DNA from: Mobula hypostoma
Lineage: Eukaryota
Reading direction: 5' to 3'
Length of the DNA: 64,000 nt
Assembly (NCBI RefSeq): GCF_963921235.1
Contig: NC_086097.1
Span: 223,822,001-223,886,000 of the forward strand
Positions 12,818 through 25,239 of the stretch are shown here, piece by piece; the first letter of the stretch is position 1; every line of letters starts with the position of its first letter. A model generated the notes under the pieces. It was not told the DNA's origin. It searched no databases and saw only the letters and a list, made by a program, of their open reading frames with translations. The position numbers and the translations under genes were made by a program.

Positions 12818-13453
12818 AGGTTGGTTGTCCGACATTGTCTGACTCGAAGGACAATGGGTGATGATGATCATCGTCACAAGCCTGGGCGGAAGGTAGGGAG
12901 ATCCTGAGATGCCTAATCGTCAAGTTCCTCCTCTCAATCTCACCAATGTAGTCCAAAGGAAAGCTTATGAAGCAATATGTTTTGTACCAGCTTGGCTGCA
13001 GGAGCTGCCGGAAGGATGTTCAATGATGTCCAACCACTTTTGGGGCTCCACACCGGATTTGCTGTCTGGGTTTACTTCTGTAGTCTTCGACTCTCCCGAG
13101 GCTGCCCACAAAGCAGTGGGCTATTTACCCGTAGCTGGGAATCTGGTTCCTGGGCACCAGGGTGTGTCCACATACCGGTGGGCCTGAGTGCTACGTGTGC
13201 AGGGGCCAGACCACTACCCCGTCCTCTGTAGTTCAGCATGAGTCTGAAAGGAGCTCGGTTTCCATGTGTCGCCAGTGAGGAGGCACTACGTGAGGCTTGC
13301 TGTTGGAGAGGGTATGTGCAGGCAGGGAGGGACTGACACATTCAGCTGTCCTTTTCGCGAGACTGCTCGCCGGCGGTGGAAGCTGAAAGTGAGAGCAACA
13401 AACAGTACCCACTACACCACCACACTAGCAGAATCAAAACAACCATTTTGACA
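12818..13453 (-). mobile_element. Non-autonomous non-LTR retroelement, probably RTE-derived
   Basis: Imperfect 14-nt TSD (GTTGTATTGTATAG 12804-12817, ATCGTAATGTATAG 13454-13467); no recognisable protein; 3' part resembles the SINE tail at 50564-50750; contains an HDV-like fold. Confidence 0.75.
13223..13341 (-). ncRNA. HDV-like self-cleaving ribozyme (predicted)
   Basis: P1 ATGTGTC/GACACAT (7 bp); P2 CCTC..GTAGT/ACTAC.GAGG; P3 GCC/GGC around L3 TCCTCACT; GG for P1.1; short P4; J4/2 GCTGA with the candidate catalytic C. Confidence 0.85.
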
Positions 13454-13657
13454 TCGTAATGTATAGTACGTTGAATTTTTACATATGTATATACTGTAAA
13501 TTGATGTGCATTCTCTATTGAGTTGGTGTTTCTAGCTAAGCAGGGCAGAGTGTTGTATATTTAATATTTCAGAATTATTTGAGTAATATTGTAAATACAT
13601 TGTTTGATTAAGCATTTTTGTTCATTTAAATGATTCATTATGGATTATATATGAATA

Positions 13658-16650
13658 GACCATAAGACATAGGAGCAGAATTAAGCCATCTGGCCCATCG
13701 AGTCTGCTCCACCGTTCAATCCTGGCTGATCCTTTTTTTCTACCTCCTCCTCAACCCCAGTTCCCAGCCTTCTCCCCATGACCTTCGATGCCATGTCCGA
13801 TCTCTGCCTTAAATATACCCAATGACCTGGCATCCACAGCTGCATGTGACAACAAATTCCACAAATTCACCACCCTTTGGCTAAAGAAATTTCTCCACAT
13901 CTCTGTTTTGAAAGGGTGCTCCTCTTTCCTAAGGCTGTGCCCTCTTGTCCTAGACCCTCCCACCATGGGAAACATCCTTTCCACATCTACTCTGTTTAGC
14001 CCGTTCAACATTCGAAAGGTTTCAATGAGGTCCCCCCTCATCCTTCTGAATTCCAGCGAGTACAGACCCAGAGCCATCAAATATTCCTCGTATGATAACC
14101 CTTTCATTCCTGGAATCATCCTTGTGAACCTCCTCTGGACCCTCTCCAATGCCAGCACATCTTTTCTAAGATGAAAGCCCCAAAACTGTTCACAATACTC
14201 GAGGTGAGACCTCACCAGTGCCCTACAAAGCCTCAGCATCACATCCTTGCTCTTGTATTCTAGACCTCTTGAAATAATTGCTAACATTGTATTTGCCTTT
14301 CTCACCACTGACACAACCTGCAAGTTAACCTATAGGGTGTTCTGCACAAGGACTCCCAAGTCTCTTTGCAGCTCAGATTTTTGGATTTTCTCCCTGTTTA
14401 GAAAATAGACCGCACATTTATTTCTACTACTAAAGTGCATGACCATGCATTTTTCAACATTGTATTTCATTTGCCACTTTCTTGCCCATTCACCTCATCT
14501 GCCTGTCCTGCTGTATCCTACTTGTTTCCTCAACACTACCTGCCCCTCCACCAATCTTCATTTCATCTGCAAACTTGGCAACAAAGCCATCTATTCCATC
14601 ATCTAAATCATTTATATACAGCATAAAAAGAAATGGTCCCAACACTGACCCCTGCGGAACACCACTAGTCACTGGCAACCAAACAGAAAAAGGATCCTTT
14701 TATTCCCACTCGCTACCTCCTACCAATCAGCCAATGTTCAACCATGTTAGTAACTTTCCTGTAATACCATGGGCTCTTAACTAGGTAAGCAGCCTCTTGT
14801 GTGGCACTTTGTCAAAGGCCTTCTGAAAGTCCAAATATACAACATTTACTGCTTCCTCTTTATCTATACTACTTGTAATCTCCTCAAAGAATTCCAACAG
14901 GTTCGTCAGGCAGGATTTTCCCTGAAGGAAACCATGCTGACTTTGTCCTATCTTGTCCTGAGTCACCAAGTACTCCATCACCTCATCCTTAACAATTGAC
15001 TCTAACATCTTCCCAATCACTGAGGTGAGGCTAACTGGTCTATAATTTCCTTTCTGCTGCCTTCCTCCTTTCTTGAAGAGTGGAATAACATTTGCAATTT
15101 TCCAGTCCTCTGGCACCAAAGATTTTTGAAAGATCATTTCTAACGCCACCACAATCTCTAACGCTACCTCTTTCAGAATCCTAGGGTGCAGTTCCTCTGG
15201 TCTGGGTGACTTATGTACCTTTAGTTCTTTCAGCTTTTTGAGCACCTTCTCTCTTGTAACAATAACTTTACCCATTTCCCTTCCTTCACACACTACCACA
15301 TGAGGCATACTGTTAGTGTCTTCCACAGTGAAGACTGACGCAAAGTACCCATTTAGTTCATCAGCCATCTCCTTGTCCCTCATTATTATTTCTCCTGTCT
15401 CATTTTCTAGTGGTCCTATATCCACTCTCATTTCTCTTTTATTTTGAACATACTTGAAAAAAATTTTACTTTGATATTATTTGCTAGCTTGCTTTCATAT
15501 TTCATCTTTTCCCTTCTAATGATTTTTTTAGTTGCTCTCTGTAGGTTTTTAAAAACTTCCAAATCCTCTATCTTCCCACTAGTTTTTGCTTTGCTCTCTG
15601 TCCTTTCTTTTGCTTTTACAATAGCTTTGACTTCCCTTGTCAGCTATGGTTGTACTATTTTACCATCTCAGTATTTCTTCATTTTAGGAATACACATGTC
15701 CTCCCTATCAAACATCAAGTTGAACTCAATCATATTGTGATCGTTGGTTCCTTAGGGTTCTTTTACTTTAAGCTCCCTAATCGCCTCCGGTTCATTATGT
15801 AACACCCAATCCAGTATAGCTGATCCCCTAGTAGGCTCAACAACAAACTGCTCTAAAAAGCTATCTCTTATGCATTTAACAAACTCACTCTCTTGAGATC
15901 CATTACCAACCTGATTTTCCTAGTCGACCTGCATGTTAAAATTTCCCATGACTGCCATAACATTGCCCTTTTGACTCGCCTTTTCTATTTCCTATTGTAA
16001 CCTGTGGTCCACCTCCCAGCCACTGTTGCGAGGCCTGTATATAACTGCCATCAATTTCCTTTTACCCTTGCAGTTTCTTAACCCACAAGGATTCATCATC
16101 TTCCGATCCTATGTCTGACTTGATGCCATTCTTTACCAGTAGAGCCACACCACCCCCTCTGCCTACCTTCCTATCCCTCCGATATAATGTGTAACCTTGG
16201 ACATTCAGCTCCCAACTACAACCATCCTTCAGCCACGATTCACTGATGGCCACAACATCATATCTGGCAATCTGTAATATTGCAACTAGATCATTCACCT
16301 TATTTCTTATACTACGTGCATTTAGATACTACTGTACACCTTCAGTATCATATTTGCTATCCTTTCTGATTCTGCATCCCTAATGATTTGATACTCAGCC
16401 TGTAGGCTGCAACTAAGTCCCATCACCTGCCTGCCCTTCCTGACAGTCTGACTGCATGCTATCTTTACTTTTTTATCATCCGTCCTATCCTGAATCCCTT
16501 CACTCCGGTTCCCACTCCCCTGCCAAGTTAGTTTAAACCCTCCCTCAAGAGTCTAATAAACCTGCCTGCGAGAATATTGGTCCCCCTCGGGTTCAGGTGT
16601 AACCTGTCACTTTTGAATAGGTCACACCTCCCCCAGAAGAGATTCCAATT
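13658..16650 (-). mobile_element. About 3-kb decayed CR1 LINE inserted in the 3' LTR of element A
   Basis: ORF1 end (WNLFWGRCDLFKSDRLHLN, esterase-like); endonuclease ORF 16062-16298; RT ORFs 14781-15431, 14490-14678 (FADE) and 13751-14323. Confidence 0.95.
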
Positions 16651-16796
16651 GGTATATGTCATTACACTACCACGTCATAAGTGCATGCCTCGTTAAAAGT
16701 AGAAATAAAATTTATACGCATCCCCAGGCTCTCATGTTTTTCTTTCAATTAGTGTTATGTTTTGGAGCTACAAAACATAACACCATGTACACCATC

Positions 16797-17636
16797 TGTT
16801 GTGTGTGTGTTCCAATGGTCAATGCCCAATGCCCATTCTAAGGTTAGTTCTCTTTTGGATAGTAGATTCTTTTGAATGTTTTGACTGTGCATGCCACATA
16901 CAAGCCTATCCTGTGATGCGTCAGAAAGTCCATCTCTAAAGTCCCTGTACTGGGAAAGTCTGTGCAGTTCTGCAATGTATTCAGAAATGCTTTCACCTTT
17001 TGACTGGTTCCTTTTGTAAAATCTAAATCTTTTAGCTATTGCCAGAGGTTTGGGGCTCAGGTGATTCCGTAAAATTGTGACAATTACACTGAATGTCTTG
17101 CTTGCTGGCTTTTCAGGGGTTACTAGGTTGCTTCAGACACTGTACATTCTTGGGCCCATTAAACTAAGAGGTGTAGGGGCTTTCTTTTGCTCCTCCACGT
17201 TGTTTGCGTTACAGTAGCGTTCCACCCTCTCGATTATGATTCCCAGCCTTCATTAGCACAATCATATTTGTCAACTTTCCTGACTGAAGCTATCATCATG
17301 TTATTTTCATTTTAAATTCAGTGTGTCTTTCACTGTTATGATGCGCTGTACTCTGTGACGGCCTTTTAGTACTGTTTTACTCTCGCTGTTTTGTCCCGTA
17401 ACTGTTGGTGCAGTTGGTGATATTTTCTGACATTCAAGTTTGTACTCGTCGCCAAAATGTTGTGCCTGCGCACAACTACATATCAATTAAATAAAAGCAC
17501 ACACGCAGGAGATGGCTCTAACTGGTGTATTCACATTGCGGTAAGAAAGAGCAATGCACATGCGTAGACAACAGTTCAATACATAGTGCTAAGGAGGGGG
17601 GTCATTGCTGTAAAAGAAATAGATCCATACATTATA
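16797..17636 (-). mobile_element. Internally deleted Gypsy (element B): LTR, PBS and gag N-terminus
   Basis: LTR 17458-17636; PBS TGGCGACGAG at 17445-17454; degenerate gag (HLSPKPLAIAKRFRFYKRNQSKGESISEYIAEL..DRLVCGM); flanks CCATC/CTATC. Confidence 0.85.
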
Positions 17637-18317
17637 CTATCTCACTATTTTTTGCTCTCTTTTTCACTACTTATTTAAAGTTTTTCAAGATAATTATTTA
17701 ATGATAATGCACATCAATTGCTTGAGGAGTTCACTCAGCAGGTCAGGCAGCATCTACGGAAGGGAATAAAGAGTCGTGTTTCTGGCCGGGGCCCTTCGTC
17801 AGGGCTTTGTGAGTATTTCTTTGGATTCCCAGCAGGATCTTTTGTGGTTATAAACCCAAGGATCATTGGAAGGCAAGGAATCAGAATCTGGCTTAAAATC
17901 TCCGGCATATGTTGTGAAATTTGTTGTTTTACAGCAGCAGTACATTGCAATACATTATAATAAAAAAAACTATAAATCACAATAGGATATATACTGTATA
18001 TGCCTCTAGCAATTTATGTGTATTGTCTTTGAGTTTCTGTCTTTGTCTCCTTGCTTGATGCTATTGACCAGGAAATTTCTTTCCTCTGTTGACTTCTCCA
18101 AGGTGGAAAGTAAGAGTAATACAGCACTTAAGTGAACATTTTTGAATACAGTTCCAGAATAAATTTGAGAGTTCAGCTGTGTACTACAGTGAAGCTTGAT
18201 TTGTTTCAAAAGTCATCTTCAAGCGTCCAGCAGCAAGTTGTTAACTTGTAATGGAGCGTCAACTTCTCTGCAGCAACCAGTTAACTTCCAACGGCTCTTT
18301 AGTATTTGGGTCTGCTA

Positions 18318-19255
18318 CAAACAAGAAAAAATTTGCAGATGCTGGAAATCCGAGCAACAAAGTGCTGCAGGAACTCAGCAGGCCAGGCAGCATCTATGGA
18401 AAAAAGTACAGTCAACGTTTCGGGCCGGAAACCTTTGGCAGGACTGGAGCACAAAAGCTGATGAGTAGGTTTGAAAGGTGGGGGGAGGGGAGACAAGCCC
18501 CTACACCTCCTCCCTCACCCCTCACTACTATTCAGAGCCGCAAACAGTCCTTCCAGGTGAGATGACACTTCAGCTGTGAGTCTGTTGGGGTCATATACTG
18601 CGTTCAGTGCTCCTGGTGTGGCTCCTATATTGGTGAGACCCGAAGTAGATTGGGAGACCGCTTCGCCAAGCATCTACCAGAACAAGTCCAGCAGAACAAG
18701 TGGGATCTCCCAGTGGCCACTCATTTTAATTCCACTTCCCATTCCCATTCCGATATGTCCATCCATGTCCTCCTCCGCTACCGGGATAAGGCCACACTTA
18801 GATTGGATGACAACACCCTATATTCCATTTGGGTAGCCTCCAGCCTGATAGCATGAACATCGATTTCTCAAACTTCTAGCAATGCCTTCACCCAACAACC
18901 CCCCCCCGCCCTTCACCATTTCCCATCCCCCTTGACTCTCTCTCATGTTGTCTCTTTGCCCACCCATCGCCTCCCTCCAGTGCTCCTCCCCCACCTGCCC
19001 CCGCTTTCTTCCATAGCCTTCTGTCTCTTTCACCAATCAACTTCCCAGCTCTTTGCTTCATTCCTCCCCCTCCGTTTTTTACCTATCACCTGGTGTTTCA
19101 CTCTCCCCTCCACCCCCATCTTTCAAATCTACTCCTCAGCTTTTTCTCTCCAGTCCTGCCAAAGGGTTTTCGCCTGAAACGTCGACTGTACTTTTTTCCA
19201 TAGATGCTGCCTGGCCTGCTGAGTTCCTCCAGCATTTTGGGTGTGTTGTGCAGAT
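18318..19255 (+). mobile_element. Penelope-like element: inverted 5' terminal repeat, GIY-YIG 3' fragment and 3' terminal repeat
   Basis: SFQVR.HFSCESVGVIYCVQCS.CG..IGET; 18350-18490 is an inverted copy of 19110-19250. Confidence 0.92.
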
Positions 19256-19394
19256 TTTCCTTGATGAGTAGCGATTGACAATTCAGCAATTCCTGGGTTA
19301 TGGTTTCCAGCAATGGCTCCTTTTACGTGGAATAATTGATGATGCAGTTTAATAACACTGTGGTCTGATCAACAAAGTGCTCCTGTAGCACCAG

Positions 19395-19975
19395 AGAGGA
19401 CTAGAGTACAAAAACAAGGATGTGATGCTGGGGCTTTATAAGGCATCAATCAGACTGCACTTGGAGTATTGTGAGCAGTTTTGGGCCCCTTATCTAAGAA
19501 AAGATGTGCTGGCATTGGAGAGGGTCAAGAGGAGATTCACGAGAGTGGTTCCGAAAATGAAAGGAATATTTGATCGCTGTACTCACTAGAGTTTAGAAGA
19601 ATGAGGTTGGATGCCATTGAAACTTTTTGAATATTGAAAGGCCTAAGTAGAGTGGATGTGAAGAGGATGTTTCCTATAGTGGGGGAGTCTAGTACCAGGG
19701 GGCACAGCCTCAGAATAGAGGACAGAGATGAGGAGGAACTTGTTAAGCTAGAGGGTGGAGAAGCTGTGGAGTTCATTGCCGTGGATAGCTGTGGAGGCCA
19801 AGTCATTGAGCACATTTAAAGGGAAGCTTGATAGGTTCCTGATTAGTCAGGGAGTGAAAGGTTATGGGGAGAAGGCAGGAAAATGGAGTGAGAGGGATAT
19901 TAATTCAGCTATGATGGATTAGTGGAGTAGGCTTGATAGGGTGAATGGTCTAATTTTGCTCCAGTACTTTACATT
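19395..19975 (+). mobile_element. Older CR1 3' fragment
   Basis: RGLEYKNKDVMLGLYK..LHLEYCEQFW; its tail resumes at about 20787. Confidence 0.88.
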
Positions 19976-19976
19976 A

Positions 19977-20790
19977 AAACATAGAAATCTAGAAAATAGG
20001 TACAGGAGTAGGCCATTCGGCCCTTCGAGCCTGCACCGCCATTCAGTATGATCATGGCTGATCATCCAACTCAGAACCCTGTACCTGCCTTCTCTCCATA
20101 CCCCGTGATCCCTTTAGCCACAAGGGCCATATCTAACTCCCTCTTAAGTATAGCCAATGAACTGGCCTCAACTGTTTCCTGTGGCAGAGAATTCCACAGA
20201 TTCACCACTCTCTGTGTGAAGAAGTTTTTCCTAATCTATGTCCTAAAAGGCTTCCCTTTTATCCTCAAACTGTGACCCCTCGTTCTGGACTTCCCCCAAC
20301 ATCGGGAACAATCTTCCTGCATCTAGCCTGTCCAATCCCTTTAGGATTTTATATGTTTCAATAAGATCCCCCCTCAATCTTCTAAATTCCAATGAGTATA
20401 AGCCTAGGGCGATCCAGTCTTTCATCATATGAAAGTCCTGCCATCCCAGGAATCAATCTGGTGAACCTTCTTTGTACTCCCTCTATGGCAAGGATGTCTT
20501 TCCTCAGATTAGGGGACCAAAACTGCACACAATACTCCAGGTGTGGTCTCACCAAGGCCTTGTACAACTGCAGTAGTACCTCCCTGCTCCTGTACTCGAA
20601 TCCTCTCGCTATAAATGCCAGCATACCATTCGCCTTTTTCACCGCCTGCTGTACCTGCATGCCCACTTTCAATGACTGGTGTATGATGACACCCAGGTCT
20701 CGTTGCACCTCCCCGTTCCTAATCGGCCACCATTCAGATAATAATCTGTTTTCCTGTTCTTGCCACCGAAGTGGATAACCTCACATTTAT
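19977..20790 (-). mobile_element. Young CR1, 5'-truncated
   Basis: ORFs 20382-20708 and 20243-20428; near-identical to 22425-23244; (TTCTATGT)n tail. Confidence 0.95.
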
Positions 20791-21664
20791 GGTCTTAATG
20801 TCTAAATTGTTGAGAGTAAATGTTTAGGTTTACAGTCCATTACACATTTTTAAAAATCACATAAGTGAAGCTTAAGTTCACAGAAAGTTGATTGCCTGAT
20901 TGCAAGAAATCAAGCAAGTGTCAGATAAAGACAAAAACAGCAATGGCTCAGACATTTCTTAACTACAGCTTGTTTTGTAATGTTGCTTTGCTATTTCCGT
21001 TATTAAGATTGTTTATTTCAGTAGTAATAAATATGATAATTAACGTTTGGGAACTAATCTGTTGTATGCAGGTTGAAAGGAAGCTGGTATGTTTCAGTGT
21101 TCGTGAGCTCTGCCTCAATGTTCTGAGTCACATCCTCGGTGGAATTGTAATATTATTCTGACACCTATATTTACCACAGGACTGTAGAAAATCAGCTCCA
21201 AAATAGATCATCAAACCCTTTAATGTCCAATGTTGCTCTCATACCCTTCCTTCCTGCAACTAGCAACATATCAAATTACCGAAGGCAGGGCAATTAAATT
21301 CCAAAGCCCACCCCCACTCTGACTTCATAAGACAGAGTTATCTATTAAAAAATACCCCAGTTAATTGTTGGTCATAAATTTTGCCGCAGTTGTTGGTGGT
21401 ATCCATTTAACCCCCAGGAACAGCAGGGAAGAAGACTGAGGTAAAGATGAATTGTCACTATAAATAATTTCTTCATGGAGAAGAATGGATCTTATTTTGT
21501 TCTCTGTTATGCCCTTCAGTGCCGTAAACCTCTATGGTCAGACTGGGAGAATTGTGAAGACTATTATTTTCTTGATGGGATGAAATAGAACTTTTAATTA
21601 TTTCATACATAAATCACCCTGTTGAATCAAATACGCTTTGAAACCACAAAATATTTATTAGTTT

Positions 21665-21950
21665 TCCCTTGCCCATCCTCTGGGTTTCCCCCCTCCCCCT
21701 TTTCTTTCTCCCTCGACCTCCTGTCCCATGATCTCTCATATCCCTTTTGCCAATCAACTGTCCAGCTCTTGGCTCCATCCCTCCCCCTCCTGTCTTCTCC
21801 TATCATTTCGGATCTCCCCCTCCCCCTCCCACTTTCAAATCTCTTACTAACTCTTCTTTCAGTTAGTCCTGACGAAGGGTCTCGGCCTGAAACGTCGACC
21901 GTACCTCTTCCTAGAGATGCTGCCTGGCCTGCTGCGTTCACCAGCAACTT
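21665..21950 (+). mobile_element. Penelope-like terminal repeat (young)
   Basis: Highly similar to 45535-45825. Confidence 0.9.
21865..21900 (+). ncRNA. Minimal type I hammerhead ribozyme (predicted)
   Basis: AGTC-CTGACGA-AGGGTCTCGGCCT-GAAA-CGTC-GACC; catalytic core intact. Confidence 0.8.
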
Positions 21951-22424
21951 TAGTTTTCCAGCTGCTTTTGAATTGGCTGACAGCTGATGATGTCACTGAT
22001 CTGGTCACCTGAGTGTAATGGAGCCGTTTTCGTGAAAGGACTTGATGGCCATTGCTTTGGTTGAACTATTCACACGCTGGTGCTCCCTGTCATAAAACTC
22101 CCCATAAATTTTCAGATTGCCCCACAAGGTTACTGGAGGAAGCCAGAAGAACGGGGATTGAACGGGGTAATAAATCAGCCTCTATGAAATGGTGGAGTAG
22201 ACTTGATGGGTTGATTGGCCTATTCCGATCGTATGCGTAGTGGGTTTGGCCCAGTACATCACGGGTAAGCCCTCGCAACCACTGAGCACATTTAGCTGAA
22301 ACACTGTCATAGGAAAGCAGCATCCTTCATCAGAGATTCCCACAACCTAGGTCATACTCTCTTCTGGCTGCTGCCATCATGTGAGAGGTACAAGCACCTC
22401 AGGACTCACACCACCAGGTTCATA

Positions 22425-23244
22425 AAAACATAGAAACATAGAAAATAGGTGCAGGAGTAGGCCATTCGGCCCTTCGAGCCTGCACCGCCATTTATTATGA
22501 TCATGGCTGATCATCCAACTCAGAACCCTGCCCCAGCCTTCCCTCCATACCCCCTGATCCCCGTAGCCACAAGGGCCATATCTAACTCCCTCTTAAATAT
22601 AGCCAATGAACTGGCCTCAACTGTTTCCTGTGGCAGAGAATTCCACAGATTCACTACTCTCTGTGTGAAGAAGTTTTTCCTAATCTCGGTCCTAAAAGGC
22701 TTCCCCTTTATCCTCAAACTGTGACCCCTCGTTCTGGACTTCTCCAACATCGGGAACAATCTTCCTGCATCTAGCCTGTCCAATCCCTTTAGGATTTTAT
22801 ATGTTTCAATCAGATCCCCCCCTCAATCTTCTAAATTCCAACGAGTACAAGCCCAGTTCATCCAGTCTTTCTTCATATGAAAGTCCTGCCATCCCAGGAA
22901 TCAATCTGGTGAACCTTCTTTGTACTCCCTCTATGGCAAGGATGTCTTTCCTCAGATTAGGGGACCAAAACTGCACACAATACTCCAGGTGTGGTCTCAC
23001 CAAGGCCTTGTACAACTGCAGTAGTACGTCCCTGCTCCTGTACTCGAATCCTCTCGCTATAAATGCCAGCATACCATTCGCCTTTTTCACTGCCTGCTGT
23101 ACCTGCATGCCCACTTTCAATGACTGGTGTATAATGACACCCAGGTCTCGTTGCACCTCCCCTTTTCCTAATCGGCCACCATTCAGATAATAATCTGTTT
23201 TCCTATTTTTGCCACCAAAGTGGATAACTTCACACTTATCCACA
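22425..23244 (-). mobile_element. Young CR1, 5'-truncated, inserted in a Rex1-type 3' fragment (about 22250-22422 and 23245-23575)
   Basis: ORFs 22806-23243 and 22520-22783. Confidence 0.95.
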
Positions 23245-24231
23245 TCAAGAACAGTTACTACCCCTCAACCATCAAACTCCTGAACAAAAGAGGATAACTA
23301 CACTCACTTGCCCACCATTGAAATATTTCTACTATCGATGATCTCACTTTAAGAACTCTTTATCTCGTGTTCTCATTGTTTATTGCTATTTATTTATATT
23401 TGTATTTGTACAGTTTGTCATTTTCTGTACTCTGGTTTCACTTTCATTGATCCTGTTATAGGTTCTATTCTATAGATTTGCTGAGATTTTCTACAGATTT
23501 GCAGGAAAAAGAATCTCAGGGTTGTTTATGGTGACATATGTGTACTTTGATAATAAAATTTGCTTTGAACTTATGATCTCTGTTCTTGAAGCTATTATTT
23601 TTTTCAAAGTGATATAATGACTGGGTTCTTTGTCATTAATTGACAGTAAAAAGGGCATTGCAGTCTGTCCTAGCTTTACAGGAGTTTCACAGCAGTGTAG
23701 TTATGGGTAATGATCAGAACTCAGAACCCGAGATGCTATCATTATCCCAAGGATCCATAACTGCAGAGCCTTCAAGGAGCAGCTAACTGGGGATCGAAAT
23801 CAAATGTTTGATCTTTAGTTACTTAATGTTGCCTTCATTTTGTATTTTGAGCATGAGCTGCTTTCATGGCAAATTTAACAGGCCTGCATTCCGAGTGCCA
23901 ATTATTTTCTGCTAGGAATGCAAATTGGGAATAGTCTTCAAAGGTTCTAAGGCGTCGGGGTTATTCGCCATGAGCAGGTTTTGATAACGTAGGATTTGGA
24001 TTGTCTGGAGTAACGTAGGGAATCCCACAATAGTATTCCATTGGCAATGAAGCATTTATATTCAGATCAGAATGCAGTGAAGTGGTGTTTGCATAGTATT
24101 ACTGGCATTGTGCATGTCAGCGGCAGATGCTACAATGAAATAAGGTGCCATCAAAGTAATCTTGGCGCGTCACTGCAGCTTCTCCTGCAGATTGTATATA
24201 TTCTACTGTGAATGAAAGAAAGGAATTAGAT

Positions 24232-24912
24232 TTTTTTTAAGATTATGAGGACACTCAGACCTCATTTATTGTCATTTAGAAATGCATGCATTAAGAAATG
24301 ATACAATGTTCCTCCAGAGTGATATCACAAAAAAACAGGACAAATCAAAAACTAACACTGACAAGACCACATAATTATAACATATAGTTACAGCAGTGCA
24401 AAGCAATACCATAATTTGATGAGGAGCAGACCATGAGCACGGTAAAAAAAAAGTCTCAAAGTTCCGATCGACTCCCGATAGTCCCGATAGCGGGTGGCAA
24501 AAGGGAGAAACTCTCCCTGCCATAAACCTCCAGGCGCCGTCAACTGCTGATGTATTGGAAGCAGCCGACCACAGCCGACTCTGAGTCCGTCTGAAAACTT
24601 CGAGCCTCCGACCAGCCCCTCCGATACAGCCTCCCGAGCACCATCTCTGCCAAGCGCTTCGACCCCGTCCCGGCCGCCGGGGAACAAGAAAAGCCAACGA
24701 CTCGGGGCCTTCTCCTCCAGAGATTCTGGATCACACAGTAGCAGTGGCAGCGAAGCGGACATTTCAGAAGTTTCTCCAGATGTTCCTCCGTGCTCTCACG
24801 TATGCCTCCATCAAATCAGGATTGTGCACGGCATCCTACTTGACAGATTACAGATATCATTCACCGGAGTGGCTGCTGCGCGCTGTGTCGCGCCACCGTC
24901 TTTTCCGCCTCC
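24232..24912 (-). mobile_element. GC-rich, probably non-autonomous retroelement
   Basis: CpG-rich 5' end (GGAGGCGGAAAAGACGGTGGCG), AT-rich 3' end with AATAAA and an A-run; ORFs show no recognisable motifs. Confidence 0.6.
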
Positions 24913-25239
24913 ATTAATCATTACTTCTAGAGCCGGGCAATTTTGAATGCTGCCAGGCTATCTGAATTTTGTTGCAGATAGAGGTACATCTGCAGGTGAA
25001 GGGATGTGATTCCAGTATTCCTTTGATCTTCGCCTTGTTGGTGAAGGGAAGGCTCTTCCAGGTCTGGGAGCTGTTCAGAAGCCATTCCTTATCGTCAATG
25101 AATGTGGTACAGTACATCCTTACATCCTCCTTACATCACCTGTAGGCCCACAATGTTATTTGGTAAGAAGTTCCAAGAAGCAGGGCCAGTGATTATGATG
25201 GAAAGCTGATTCATGTCCAAGTCAAGGTGGTGTATGGAG

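Larger units (their letters stand above)
10524..16782 (+). mobile_element. Decayed, internally deleted Gypsy LTR retrotransposon (element A)
   Basis: 5' LTR about 10524-10963; PBS TGGCAACGAG at 10965; gag start MVGYIGKIDMFD at 11208; integrase RIHVDF..LVVVDA.TKWP..ISDSGPQ at 11948-12166; purine tract, then 3' LTR 13551-13657 plus 16651-16782; CCATG on both flanks. Confidence 0.9.
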
